The position numbers were made by a program, and so were the translations under genes. Below the pieces are notes generated by a model. The model was not told where the DNA came from, made no database searches, and was given only the letters and a program-made list of their open reading frames with translations. From Octopus bimaculoides (lineage: Eukaryota), in the NCBI RefSeq assembly GCF_001194135.2, contig NC_068988.1:2746771-2810770 (forward strand): a stretch of DNA of 64,000 nt, in the 5' to 3' direction. This document shows positions 12,545 through 23,612 of the stretch, piece after piece; the stretch's first letter is position 1; every line of letters begins with the position of its first letter.

Positions 12545-12918
12545 GAGTTATTATAGATCAAAATCAAAATCAAATGGAAATTGTAGTTGTGATCCCCATG
12601 CTGGTGGCACGTAAAAAGCACCAACCAATTGTAGTTGTTGCCAGCCTTCTCTGGCCCCTGTGCCGGTGGTACATAAAAAGCACCAACCAATCATGGTCGT
12701 TGCCAGCCTGCAATAGCCCCTGTGCTGGTGGCATTTAAAAAGCACCCACTACACTCTCAGAGTTGTTGGTGTTAGGAAGGGCATCCAGTTGTAGAAACAT
12801 TGCCAGATCAGACTGGAACCTGGTGCAGCCTCCTGGCTTCCCAGACCCCAATCAAACCGTCCAACCCATGCCAGCATGGAAAACGGACGTTAAACGATGA
12901 TAATGATGATGATGATGA
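12545..12918 (+). mobile_element. RTE-X-like LINE 3' tail
   Basis: aagcacccactacactctc...ccaacccatgccagcatggaaaacggacgttaaacgatgat, the same tail as 7550-7745. Other copies: about 15335-15485(-), 18850-18985(+), 23740-24085(+), 27773-28030(-), 35020-35240(-), 36455-36670(+), 57020-57130(-). Confidence 0.8.
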
Positions 12919-12959
12919 TATATTTTTACAAAGAAAGGTGCAAACCCTCATCCTGGGTT

Positions 12960-13677
12960 GCGCAAGCATGACTTGCTTTATGATGGCCAACAGCCTGAGG
13001 AGAAACTTGGAGTGAAGTTGGGAAGTTGGAATGTGGGCAGTCTGTGTGGAAGGGGCACTGAGGTGTGTGAGGAATTCAGGAAGATGAGGGTGGATGTGTG
13101 TAGGAAGTTAGGTGGAGGGTCCAGGGTGTAAGATTTGTGGGGGTCAATGGAAGAATGTACAAGTTGTAGTGGTTGAGAAATAGCGAGGGGACTGGAGTTG
13201 TGTGAGAGCCGCAATGCTGTATGGGAGTGAGACTTGGTGTCTGAGGGAGAGAGAGATAGCAACTTTGAGAAGGACTGAGAGAGCAATGGTGAGAGAAATG
13301 CGTGGGGTGAGGCTGTTTGATAGGAGGAGGACTGAGGACTTGATGGGGATGCTGGGGTTGGAGGAACCAGTGGAATGGCTGGGAAGGGTGAATGGAGTGC
13401 AGTGGTATGGGCATGTGTTGAGGAGGGACGAAGAGCATGTTCTGAGGAGGGTGCTAGAATTTGAGGTAAATGAACCGCGAAAGCAAGGTAGACTGAGGAA
13501 AAGGTGGAGGAGGAGATTGGGAGCGTTGGTTTGAGAAGGGAGGATGCCCAAAACTGGGCTAGCTGGTGAGATGGTGTGAGGGTGGTTGCTACGGTATTGA
13601 GGTAGATCCGTCCACCCCTATTAACAGAGGCAAAACCCGGATTTAAAACACTGGATGATGATGATGATGATGATGAT
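12960..13677 (+). mobile_element. RTE-type LINE 3' fragment
   Basis: VRAAMLYGSETWCL...WYGHVLRRDEEHVLRRVLEFEVNEPRKQGRLRKRW is typical of the RTE RT C-terminus; ends in (GAT)n. Confidence 0.85.
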
Positions 13678-14017
13678 CGTATATATATATATATATATAT
13701 ATATAATATCCAGGTTGGTACTGTTCAAGCACTCTGTTAAAATCCAAGTTATGGCTAACCACATTACAGTATTGGGAACAACCAAGGATTATTCCCAGTA
13801 AAACAATCTCAATGTATTTCATCCAAAGGTTAAATCCTGGATTCACTTCTTTGGATTTTAAATAGTTTGTAGAGTGTATCCAAGAAAATTCAAATAAATA
13901 AGTAGAATAATACATCTACACATATTTTATTGTTACAGTCAATTATGCAGCATCTTTAATTTAAATCTGACCAATATGTGTTTCTGCTGCATGTCGCTGT
14001 GATATTTACTTCATTAA

Positions 14018-14349
14018 AAAACTTTTTTTAAGGGAATATTTTGAATGATTTTCTGTGGATGTGTGCACATGTTAGGGCAGATTCCTTATTGCTATTTAAT
14101 AACTGGTATTTAGATGCGAAAACAGAATATTTCTTCCAGACATAAACTGCATTTCTTACCTCCAAATAGAAGTTAATAGGCAGGGCAGAGCCGTATGCAA
14201 TCAGAGTTAAGAAAGGCAAATTATGTCTGGAAGAAATATTCTGTTTCTGCATCTAAATACCAGTTATTTAATAGCAATAAGGAATCAGCCCTAAAATGTG
14301 CACACATCCACAGAAAATCATTCAAAATACTTCCCTAAAAAAGACTTTT
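14018..14349. repeat. Long inverted repeat / fold-back (MITE-like), arms about 140 bp, spacer about 50 bp
   Basis: 14018-14158 is a near-perfect reverse complement of 14208-14349. Confidence 0.9.
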
Positions 14350-14741
14350 GATTAAGAAAATACGACAAAGGTTGGTAGTGCTAGAGTTTGCATGGTAAAT
14401 ATTAGTGCAATAATCTAATTTGCCTTTATTCTTGTAGTAATCCTTCTCCAAGTATTCTTCATATGTAAAACTTCACATATGAAATAATTCTTTGTTCTGT
14501 ATTCTATATCTTGGAGAATGGTTTTACAAATGTAAATTCCTTTTCATTTTGTGACCCTTAATTGTACACATCTGTCTCTGTAATATTTTCCTTTAAGGCC
14601 AGGGGACAAAATATACTCTGACCCAGTTTAGGATCTGGTATTCTTGATTTGAATTCCATACCTTAGGGTCATCCTGATAACCATTTTTATAGTTGTATCA
14701 GGATTCTAAATGTTGCTCTTTAATTCTTTGCACTCAAACAG

Positions 14742-14789
14742 TACCGTTCCCAACCAAATATGATACCACCTGAACCAACATATTTTTAG
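14742..14789 (+). CDS. Candidate terminal coding exon (YRSQPNMIPPEPTYF*)
   Basis: Strong acceptor gttgctctttaattctttgcactcaaacAG; phase 0 matches the 11956 donor; TAG stop; AATAAA downstream. Confidence 0.5.
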   Translation, partial: YRSQPNMIPPEPTYF

Positions 14790-14823
14790 TTCACTTCAAA
14801 CTACAGTAGTGTGCATCACTTTG

Positions 14824-14874
14824 AATAAAGATGCATAGACTCATCTTTAACCAGAAGAACTGGATGCAAATAAA
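14824..14874 (+). terminator. Candidate polyadenylation signals (AATAAA at 14824-14829 and 14869-14874)
   Basis: Two AATAAA hexamers 35 and 80 nt after the predicted stop codon; the hexamer is common in AT-rich DNA. Confidence 0.35.
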
Positions 14875-15585
14875 GGCCACATTGTAAGACATCATCCATG
14901 TAGCAGAAACATGCTTAGGACAGATTTAAATTAAATATACAATATAATCGACTGTTATAATAAANNNNNNNNNNNNNNNNNNNNNNNNNNNNNNNNNNNN
15001 NNNTATATATATATATATATATATTGTGGTGCTGTCATCGAATTTGATTTCGATTTCACTTGCCTCAACAGGTCTTCGCAAGCAAAGTTTATTGTCCAAT
15101 CAATGAGGGGTACTCATAAGTGGGCTGGTTACACCCACTGGCATAGGCCACTTGGCTTGCTGGGTCTTCTGACAAGGCAAATTTTCATTAATGACTTTTG
15201 TTAAGATTATTCTGTATTTGAATAAAATATCTCGGTTAAGTCAAAATACCAATTTCAGAAAATAGTCATCTATTGCACTCCTCCTCCTTCCCCTCGCTGC
15301 CGCCGCCACTACCAGCACCACCATAGCCGCTGCCATCATCATCATTGCTTAGCGTATGTCTTCCATGCTGGCATCTGTTGGATGGCTTTACAGGGCATGA
15401 CAAACCAGAGAACTGCATCAAGCTCCAACGTCTGCCTTTGACATGGTTCCTACAGCAAGATGCCTTTCCTAATGCCAACCACTTAAGGAAGGAAAGAAAG
15501 AAACAAACAAACAAAGAAAGGAAGAGAAACAGACAGAAAGAAAGAAAAAACAGACAGAAAGAAAGAAAGAAAGAAAGAAAGAAAT

Positions 15586-15617
<32 letters not shown>

Positions 15618-16420
15618 CTTTAACACTCTCTGTCAAATTTTTTCTAACATTGATGGCAAACTGAAGATCTTGAGGATCCAGTTTCAAATCCTGATGTGAC
15701 TTTAACGTATTTCCTTTCTTCTATTTGTCACTCCAAGGCTTCATGTTCAGTTAAGAACACATTATTATTATTATATTCCATTCCTTACCAACATTCATAG
15801 TCTTTACTCATATGGTATCTCTACAGACTTTGTGATGGTTATATCATGAAGATTCTTCAAAGAAGATCTCAAAGTTAAGGTGGGAAATAGTCAAATAGTG
15901 AAATGAAAGACAATACTGATATTATGCCAAGTTGTCTGTAATTCTGTGGATTTCTAGAACCATTCCACAGTTTAAAGCTGGCTCACTAATAAAATCATCT
16001 TTTGTGTGCAAGTTAAGCGAATAATTAAGATATTTCTGCTGGTCTTACCAATATTAGGGGTGTCCGTCAACTGATAGTAATTGTATTTATGTCGATACAC
16101 TTGAATGATTTACAAACACACACTAATCACATGAATGGTGTTTCTCATTCTCTCTGTCTCTTGCTGTCTCTTTCACTCTCTATTTTTATCTATGTATGTC
16201 TTCCTTATATTTACAGTTATGAGCATTGCTCTGCGGTGAGAGGTTTGCTCCCAAACTACATGGTTCTGGGTTCAGTGGTACCATGGACAAATGGTTTCTA
16301 CTATAGCCTGGGGCCATCCAAAATTTTGTGAATTAATTTGGCAGATAGAAACTGAAAGAAGCTCATCATGTGTGTGTGGTTTTCTCAGGCATGACACAAT
16401 GCCAAAGGTTTCAATCATTA

Positions 16421-16630
16421 CCTCTGTGAGGCCCAACACTCGAAAGGAACTCAGTCACTTCACATCTGTGAGACTCAGTGCTTGAAAGGAACTCAGTCAC
16501 TTTGCCTCTGTGAGGCCCAACACTCGAAAGGAACTCAGTCACTTCACGTCTGTGAGACTCAGTGCTTGAAAGGAACTCAGTCACTTTGCCTCCAGGAAGC
16601 CCAGTGCTTGAAAGAAACCCAGCCACTGAG
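16421..16630. repeat. 42-bp minisatellite (5 units, alternating A/B types) within an RTE-X 3' relic
   Basis: Units start at 16421, 16463, 16505, 16547 and 16589; shared core gaaaggaactcagtcactt; flanks match the reverse complement of about 7200-7310. Confidence 0.9.
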
Positions 16631-17474
16631 GCTCAATGCTTGAATGATGCTCTATATGTTCCACTGGCATGAGTGCCATTTATGTGGCACCAACATCAAC
16701 CATAACTACGATTTCACTTGGCTTGACAGGTCTTCTCAACCACAGCATATGATCATTGCCTCTGTGAGGCTCAAAGTTCGAAGATCATGATTCACCAAAA
16801 TTTACACATCTGATTGCAAAGTTCTTCATGCATGAATAAATTCTGAATAATAATACAATCCCAAATTTAATTAACAAAAGATGTTTTTTATAAAATTTCT
16901 CCATCACAACCTAATTATCTGTCCATATATATTAGCTCCATCTGTCTCAGAATATTTCAACTGAACAATGACTAGAAAAGCTAAGATGAACTCAAATGTA
17001 CCACAATCCTATGTTAGAGAAGCTGGCTGAAACTTCAAAGTCACTGTTGATACTATTCTTGCTAAAGAAGAATAAATTTGAATTCTACAAATGTATTCAG
17101 GAATCCTTCAGTGTAATGTAAAATTATTTTCATGAGAACTTAACATACAGACAAACATTAATATGTGTGTGTGTCTGTGTGTGTGTGTGTATAGATATAT
17201 ATATATAAATAAATATAGATGATAAAGTTATAGATAAATAGATAGATAGACAGCGAGATACAGACCTATATACATATTATGGAAGCAATCTATGGCAGTT
17301 GAATATTTATTTATTCAAAATCAATAAATCATATTTATCATTTGCATTTGATTGAAACATGCTTAAAATATTGGAACAAATTTGTTTTTATTTTATTTTC
17401 CTGCCATTTCTCATCTATTTAATGATTTAATTCTATTTCCTGTTGCCTTTATGGGGTGTGCCAACAAATGCCAG

Positions 17475-17504
17475 TTGAAGATAAGTCAAATATTTCGATA
17501 CAAG
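17475..17504 (+). CDS. Weak candidate exon (EDKSNISIQ; could start at ATG 17468)
   Basis: Donor CAAG|gtgagt; acceptor ccAG or an upstream in-frame ATG; 30 nt, phase 1. Confidence 0.28.
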
Positions 17505-17813
17505 GTGAGTTTACAATGATATCTTTTCCTAATAATGCTGATTGAAATGATAGCACAGTTATAAAAATAATCCAATTTTCCAGTCCAATTATATGTATTA
17601 TGGCTATGCCTGTGTCTCTAATTTACCTGTTTCATTGTTGTAGGTAGTTACAAGTAAATCTTCTAATACCATATATTATAGGAGCTTAATGGAGAAACTT
17701 TCTAATAGAGTCACTTGGCATGAAATCGCTTCAATATAATTCTGGACTTTTAATCAATGAAGTCAGGAAGATTCCATATATATGTAAATCCCATAAGATA
17801 CATTTGATCCTTC

Positions 17814-17854
<41 letters not shown>

Positions 17855-17940
17855 TTTGTGAGTGTGTGTGTATATGTACACTGTGTGTATATATATATAT
17901 ATACATATATATATGTATACATATGTATATATAAATATAT

Positions 17941-17984
<44 letters not shown>

Positions 17985-18199
17985 AATATGTATATATGTA
18001 TATATAAATATATAATATATAATNNNNNNNNNNNNNNNNNNNNNNNNNNNNNNNNNNNNNNNNNNNNNNNNNNNNNNNNNNNNNNNNNNNNNNNNNNNNN
18101 NNNNNNNNNNNNNNNNNNNTATGTATGTATGTATATGTATGTATGTATATGTATATATAAATACATACATCCATGCATACATAGATCGTATGCTTTCAT

Positions 18200-18450
18200 G
18201 TATACTAGCAAAGTCATTGCTAGAAAGAATCATTGTATTGAGTCATTGTTGATGCAATGTGAGTCCCTAGTCTGACTCTTGAGTTTGGCAAAAAATCTGC
18301 ACATTCTGTTGCATAATGCACAACTGCGCTGACTGGCAGAGGGAATAGGTGCCAGAACATGAACTCTTTGGACATGCTTTTTCAGTCCTCCATCTGAAAG
18401 GCGCATCTTTCCACAAGCTGCACATGTTCTGTTGTGAACACTAACCATAT
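18200..18450 (-). mobile_element. LINE (RTE-like) C-terminal C2H2 zinc-finger relic
   Basis: CAACGKMRLSDGGLKKHVQRVH and CALCNRMCRFFAKLKS resemble the degenerate terminal zinc fingers of RTE-type ORFs; no splice context found. Confidence 0.5.
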
Positions 18451-18529
18451 CACAAATTACGAGGGGTTAATCCCTGAGAGTTCTCTGACTGATAGATACA
18501 TGCATACATAGATACACATACGTACATAT

Positions 18530-18845
18530 GACTGGCATTCTGTTGATTACAACGACAAGAGTTCCTGTTGATCTGATCAACAGAACAGCCTGCTTGCAAA
18601 ATTAACGTGCATGTGGCTGAGAAAACCACAGACATGTGTACCCTTGATGTAGTTTGCAGGGAGATTCAGCATAATACAGAATATGATAAGGTTGGCACTA
18701 TGAATTACAGGTACAACTCATTTTTGCCAGCTGAGAGAACTGGAGCAATGTGAAATAAAGTGTCCTGCTCATGGACACAATGCATTGCCGGGAATCGAAC
18801 TCATGAGTTTGTGGTCATGAGTTAAATACCCTAACCTCTAAGTCA
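18530..18845 (-). mobile_element. tRNA-derived SINE, family C in this window
   Basis: Shared body (gatccgatcaacggaacagcctgctc...tgtcttgctcaaggacacaa...gaatcgaactcac). Copies at about 22375-22758(+), 29630-29935(-), 39300-39570(-), 42735-43040(-), 50615-50900(-), 59060-59250(-). Confidence 0.85.
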
Positions 18846-19179
18846 CTGTAGTTGGTTCTAGGAAGGGCATCCAGCTGTAGAAATTAGGCCAAAACTGACA
18901 GTTGGAATCTGGACAGCTCCTCTCAAACTATCCAACCCATGCCAGCAGGCAAAACAAACATTAAACAATGATGATGATGATGGTAGTCTCTGTTGTACTT
19001 CTCATGAAGGAAAATGGAAGCATTATGAAGAAATTCTCACTTTGAACCAATTTCAGGAATATCATGTAGACACTTTTTTTTTATTAAACCTTGATTCATT
19101 TGAGGCCCCTAGAAATATAAGCTGGAGCCCTTCCTTCAAGACATTTAGTTGTACGAATCAACCACCAGCATCCATTTTT

Positions 19180-19276
19180 TTTTTAAAGCCTGTTTCCTAT
19201 TCCATCAGTCTCTTTTGTCAATCTGCTAAGTTCCAGAGGACATAAGCACACCAACACCGGTTGTCAAGAAGTGGAA

Positions 19277-19324
<48 letters not shown>

Positions 19325-19470
19325 CACGCACACACAACTGGCTTATTTCAGTTCCTGTCTACCAGCTCTTCAGTTGGCCTCACATTATAGTTGAAGACAC
19401 TTGCCCAAGGTTCCACACAGTGGGACTGAACCTAGAACCATGTGGTTAGGAAGCAGACTTCTTACCACGC
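19180..19470 (-). mobile_element. tRNA-derived SINE, family A, with internal (CA)n
   Basis: Shares gacacttgcccaagg...cagtgggactgaacc...ccatgtggtt with 23245-23612(-), 48205-48540(+), 52600-53015(-) and several partial heads (2490, 16230, 26935, 46610). Confidence 0.85.
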
Positions 19471-19757
19471 ATACCGACAAGAGATAAATAGAGAAAAGCA
19501 AAGTAATTATTGCATGATTTTTAATAAAATTCGTGGACCGGATTTGGTCAGGGACAAGAGTTTGCTGACTCCTGATATAACTCATTACTGGAACCACCAC
19601 CATCATCACTGATTTTATTGTCCCAGAAATGAGATTCCTAGAATTTCAAGCAGTAAAATAATCGTTTATATCAGTTCAGTGCTTAACCAACCATAAATTA
19701 TATTGCTTCCTACTACAAAGTGAGAAGGTCATGTTGATAAATATGTATATAGTCCTT

Positions 19758-19967
19758 TGCTTGTTTAATGTGCTGCTTAAACAATCAATCAGTGGTTTGT
19801 TAGTCAAAGTTCTTTTGTTGCTGTTTTCAACCTTTTCAGTGGCTGAGTGACTTTCCCCTCTCCCTTGGAGGTCTGCTCTGAGCCACTGAAAAGGTTGCAA
19901 AGGGCAATGAAAGAACTTTGATTAACAAGCAGCTGAGTGATTGTCTCACCAACACATTAAACAAACG
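19758..19967. repeat. Hairpin/MITE-like inverted repeat, arms about 85 bp
   Basis: Perfect 16-bp core aaccttttcagtggct (19829-19844) / agccactgaaaaggtt (19881-19896) plus imperfect outer arms; partial left arm at about 55401-55480. Confidence 0.85.
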
Positions 19968-22290
19968 ATCGATTAATTAGTTGGTTAGATAAATAGTTAT
20001 TACTTATAGCGAAACACACTAAGCCAGTCAGGGCTAAATCGAACTGGATCTCATTGGTGACATGATAGAAATGATAGAGGCATGGATGGCCTAGTCTAGC
20101 ACCCTACTGATTCAGACATTTAGGGCATCTCCAAGAACACCTTGTGTCAAATAAACATACCTCTGATTAGAAAGTTAGAATCATTTTGCTGTTAATATTT
20201 ATTGTCAACCATCACAGGTTGCTCTTGAATTTTTTCGTAATAAACATTGTACAGACATTTCAGTAAACATTAAGTTCCATTGCTCTCTTCATATTTATGT
20301 TTAAATGTTTGATTTTACACAAACACCCTTTAAAACATTTATCAAACTGATGTAATTTGTTTCAATATACAAGGTAAAGATATTGTCCATGTTAACTGGG
20401 ATTGTTTCTGCTTTTATTTTGTCTCTTTGTCAGCCAATAAACCTTTATCTCTGGAGTATAGCACAAGCTAACAGCATCTCCATTATTAAAATAATGATAA
20501 TAAACAAGACATTAATATCTAAAGTAACAGCATAAACTGGATCACCAAGATCTAATTCTGATATGAGCTAAAGTTTTTCCCTTCTTCAGTAAAATGACAA
20601 TCATGAGCAAGTTAAATCTTCCACTTTTTATCCTTTACTTGTTTCAGTCATTAGACTGCAGCCAAGTTGTGGCACCACCTGCAAGAATTTTGGTCAAACA
20701 AACCGGTCTCTGTGCTTATTCTTCAGTCTGGTACTTATTCTATCAGTCTCTCTTGTCAAAGATAACTGTAAGTTTTGTCAGCAAAAATTTGATGTAGTAT
20801 ATTAAATAAACCAGTCATAAAAACTTTCAAGAGAGCAAAACAGATTAAGTGTTGCTTATTGAAGCTCTTCACTCCTAGTGCAGCATAGGTCATCAACGAC
20901 TTTTCCCTCTGTTCTTGACTCAGGGCTGGCTTCCCCTCCCAGGTGTTGTTGCTTTAGGATTGTCATTGAGGCTTTGGTAACTTTTGTTTTTTTCTAGGTA
21001 GGGGTAATGACCCTACACAAACCAATTTTTAACTCTGGGAGGAAGTGGTCCATATTAGTCTGGCCTCTAACCTTTGGCCTATCCAGCATGGGAGGCTCTG
21101 CTGGAGCTTTTTGCTGGCATAGCTCTCAGAGACATTGAGGCATGCAAACCACAACACCACAACTAGGACTGGACCTTTTGGTGGAATTTAAGTATAGACT
21201 TGGTGAATATTAGAAGACCATTCAAACTGAAACAGATTCCAAATGTAAAATGGGTGCATTTACAGGCAGCATTTAATGTGTAGAACATTTGAATTGGAAA
21301 TAAAGCAGTATTTATGGACTTTCAATATCAGATATAAATATCTATAAAGTAAGATTACAATAAGAACCAAAATATTTACTGGTGGAATCGTTAAAGCTTT
21401 GAACAAGATGCTAGCAATATGTAGTCATGAGCTTCTTTTATTCTTAGCTGAACTCTTGCCAAGGTCAGTTTTGCTGTTCATCCCTCTGTGGGGCCAACAA
21501 AATAAGATGCTAACAAAGTAATGGAAATTATTCTTTTAATGCATCTTTGATGTGAATTGGAATTATAAGAAATGGGTGGAAGAAAGCTGTTTCTTACTGA
21601 TTTTTAAAAATATTTTGATTTTTGAGTTTCTTGAAAGGAATAAACAAGTCGTGTTATCTTAGAGACATAATTGTTCTTACTCGGTGTGGATTGAGTGGTG
21701 GTAAGTTGAGCAACAGTTGAAAGGAAACAAAGAAATTATGTAAACAGCTCTCTCTGTTTGCAACAAAGTATTCCTCGCTAGATATGAGAGAGAGAACGTC
21801 AATAATGTACAAGAAGGGTGGTGCTGTATTTCAGTAATCAACAATCGTTGAGCCAGATCAACAGCAACCGCTGTAGGTTGTGCAATATTGCAATAACTGG
21901 CAACAAAGGTTGAACACAAATTAATTGAGAAAACAGCTGTGTATGTCGAATGTAGTAGCATATGATGTGAAGGACTGATAATTAGTGAAGGGGGTGGGTG
22001 GGGGAAATGTGTTGTGAATTGATGACCAGAAAAACACAGGAACCCACAGATAAGAATAATAGGAAAGAAAGTAATTAGATCGGATCTGAGAACCTTGCTT
22101 GTGTTAGATAAGATACCACAGAATGTTGAATGTGGGGAAAATTAACTTTAAAATGATTGTTTGAAACGTGTATTGCCTTCTGCAGCAAGAATGTGTGTCA
22201 GCACGTGTGTGTGTATGTGGGTGTGTGTGTATGTGGGTGTGTGTGTGTGAGCACATATGTGTATATGTCTGTGTGCATAGGCACATGTCC

Positions 22291-22330
<40 letters not shown>

Positions 22331-22374
22331 TGCAAATAAATATACTTTACAATATTGAACTCTCTAACTTCTGT

Positions 22375-22758
22375 GGAGGTGCAACTGCCCAGTGGTTGGG
22401 GCAGTGGACTTGCAGTTGTAGGATCGAGGTTTCAATTCCCAGACCGGACGTTGTGAGTGTTTATTGAGCAAAAACATCTAAATCTCCACAAGGCTCCGGC
22501 AGAAAGTGGTGGCAAACCCTGCTGTATTATTTCACTACAACTTTCTCTCACTCTTTCTTCCTGTTTCTGTTGTACCTGTATTTCAAAGGGTACCAACCTT
22601 GTCTCATTCTTCGTCATGGTAAATCTCCCAGGGAACTACGTTAAAGGTACATGTGTCTGTGGAGTGCTCAGCCACTTGCACGTTAATTTCGCAAGCAGGC
22701 TGTTCCATTGATCGGATCAACTGGAACCCTCGTCGTTGTAACTGACAGAGTGCCCCAA
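22375..22758 (+). mobile_element. tRNA-derived SINE family C, near full length
   Basis: tRNA-like head (gcccagtggttggggc...ggtttcaattccc) followed by the family C body. Confidence 0.8.
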
Positions 22759-23244
22759 TCTAACTTCTATAATATGTTGGTATACCAGTAATTCATTCAG
22801 CCTTAAAATTGTACAAACTAAATTAAATTATAAAAATAAAAAAAATCTATGCTGTGTCACAGAAATAGTAATCTGAAGTAACAATTCATTGGTGATGGTC
22901 TTTATTTTCAGCTGGTAAGGTTGAAGCTATTGGTATAATTTGTCTTGTCTAATGCTTGCAAAACTTGAATTCATTACCCTCTGGTCTGTAGTCCAACATC
23001 TTAACCACTAAGCTCTTCTGTCTACCACAGTGATTCCCAAAGTGGGCAGTACTGCCCCTGGTGGAGGCAGTGGAAAGATCTAGGGGGACTTTGAAGAAAA
23101 ATGAGGTGATAATGGGATGACCAAAACGGGGGCAATGGGATGATAAGGGGGTGACCAAAACGGAGGCAAGCCATGGTGTGCTACAAATTCACAAATAATA
23201 AATTTAGTTATTGTAACTACTGACATATCATTCTTTGTTTTTTC

Positions 23245-23443
23245 TTTTATTCTTTCATTTGTTTCAGTAAGTTGACTGCGGCCATGCTGGAGCACCGCCT
23301 TTAGTTGCAAAATTCGACCCCAAACCTTATTCTTTGTAAGCCTAGTACTTATCCTATCGGTTTCTTTTGCCGAACTGCTAAGTTACGGGGACATAAACAC
23401 ACCAACATCGGTTGTCAAGCGATGTGGGGGGTGACAAACAGAG

Positions 23444-23474
<31 letters not shown>

Positions 23475-23612
23475 CCGTCTACCAAATCCACTCACAAGAC
23501 TTTGGTCGGCCCAAGGCTATAATAGGAGATACTTGCCCAAGGTGCCACGCAGTGGGACTGAACCCAAAACCATGTGGTCAGTAAGCAAGCTACTTACCAC
23601 ACAGCCATGCCT
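23245..23612 (-). mobile_element. tRNA-derived SINE family A, full length
   Basis: Reverse complement of the 48205-48540 copy; internal (CA)n. Confidence 0.9.

Noticed and set aside
16421-16630. Regularly spaced repeats as a CRISPR array
   Set aside because: Inter-core segments are themselves repeated (A/B), the context is eukaryotic and there are no cas genes.
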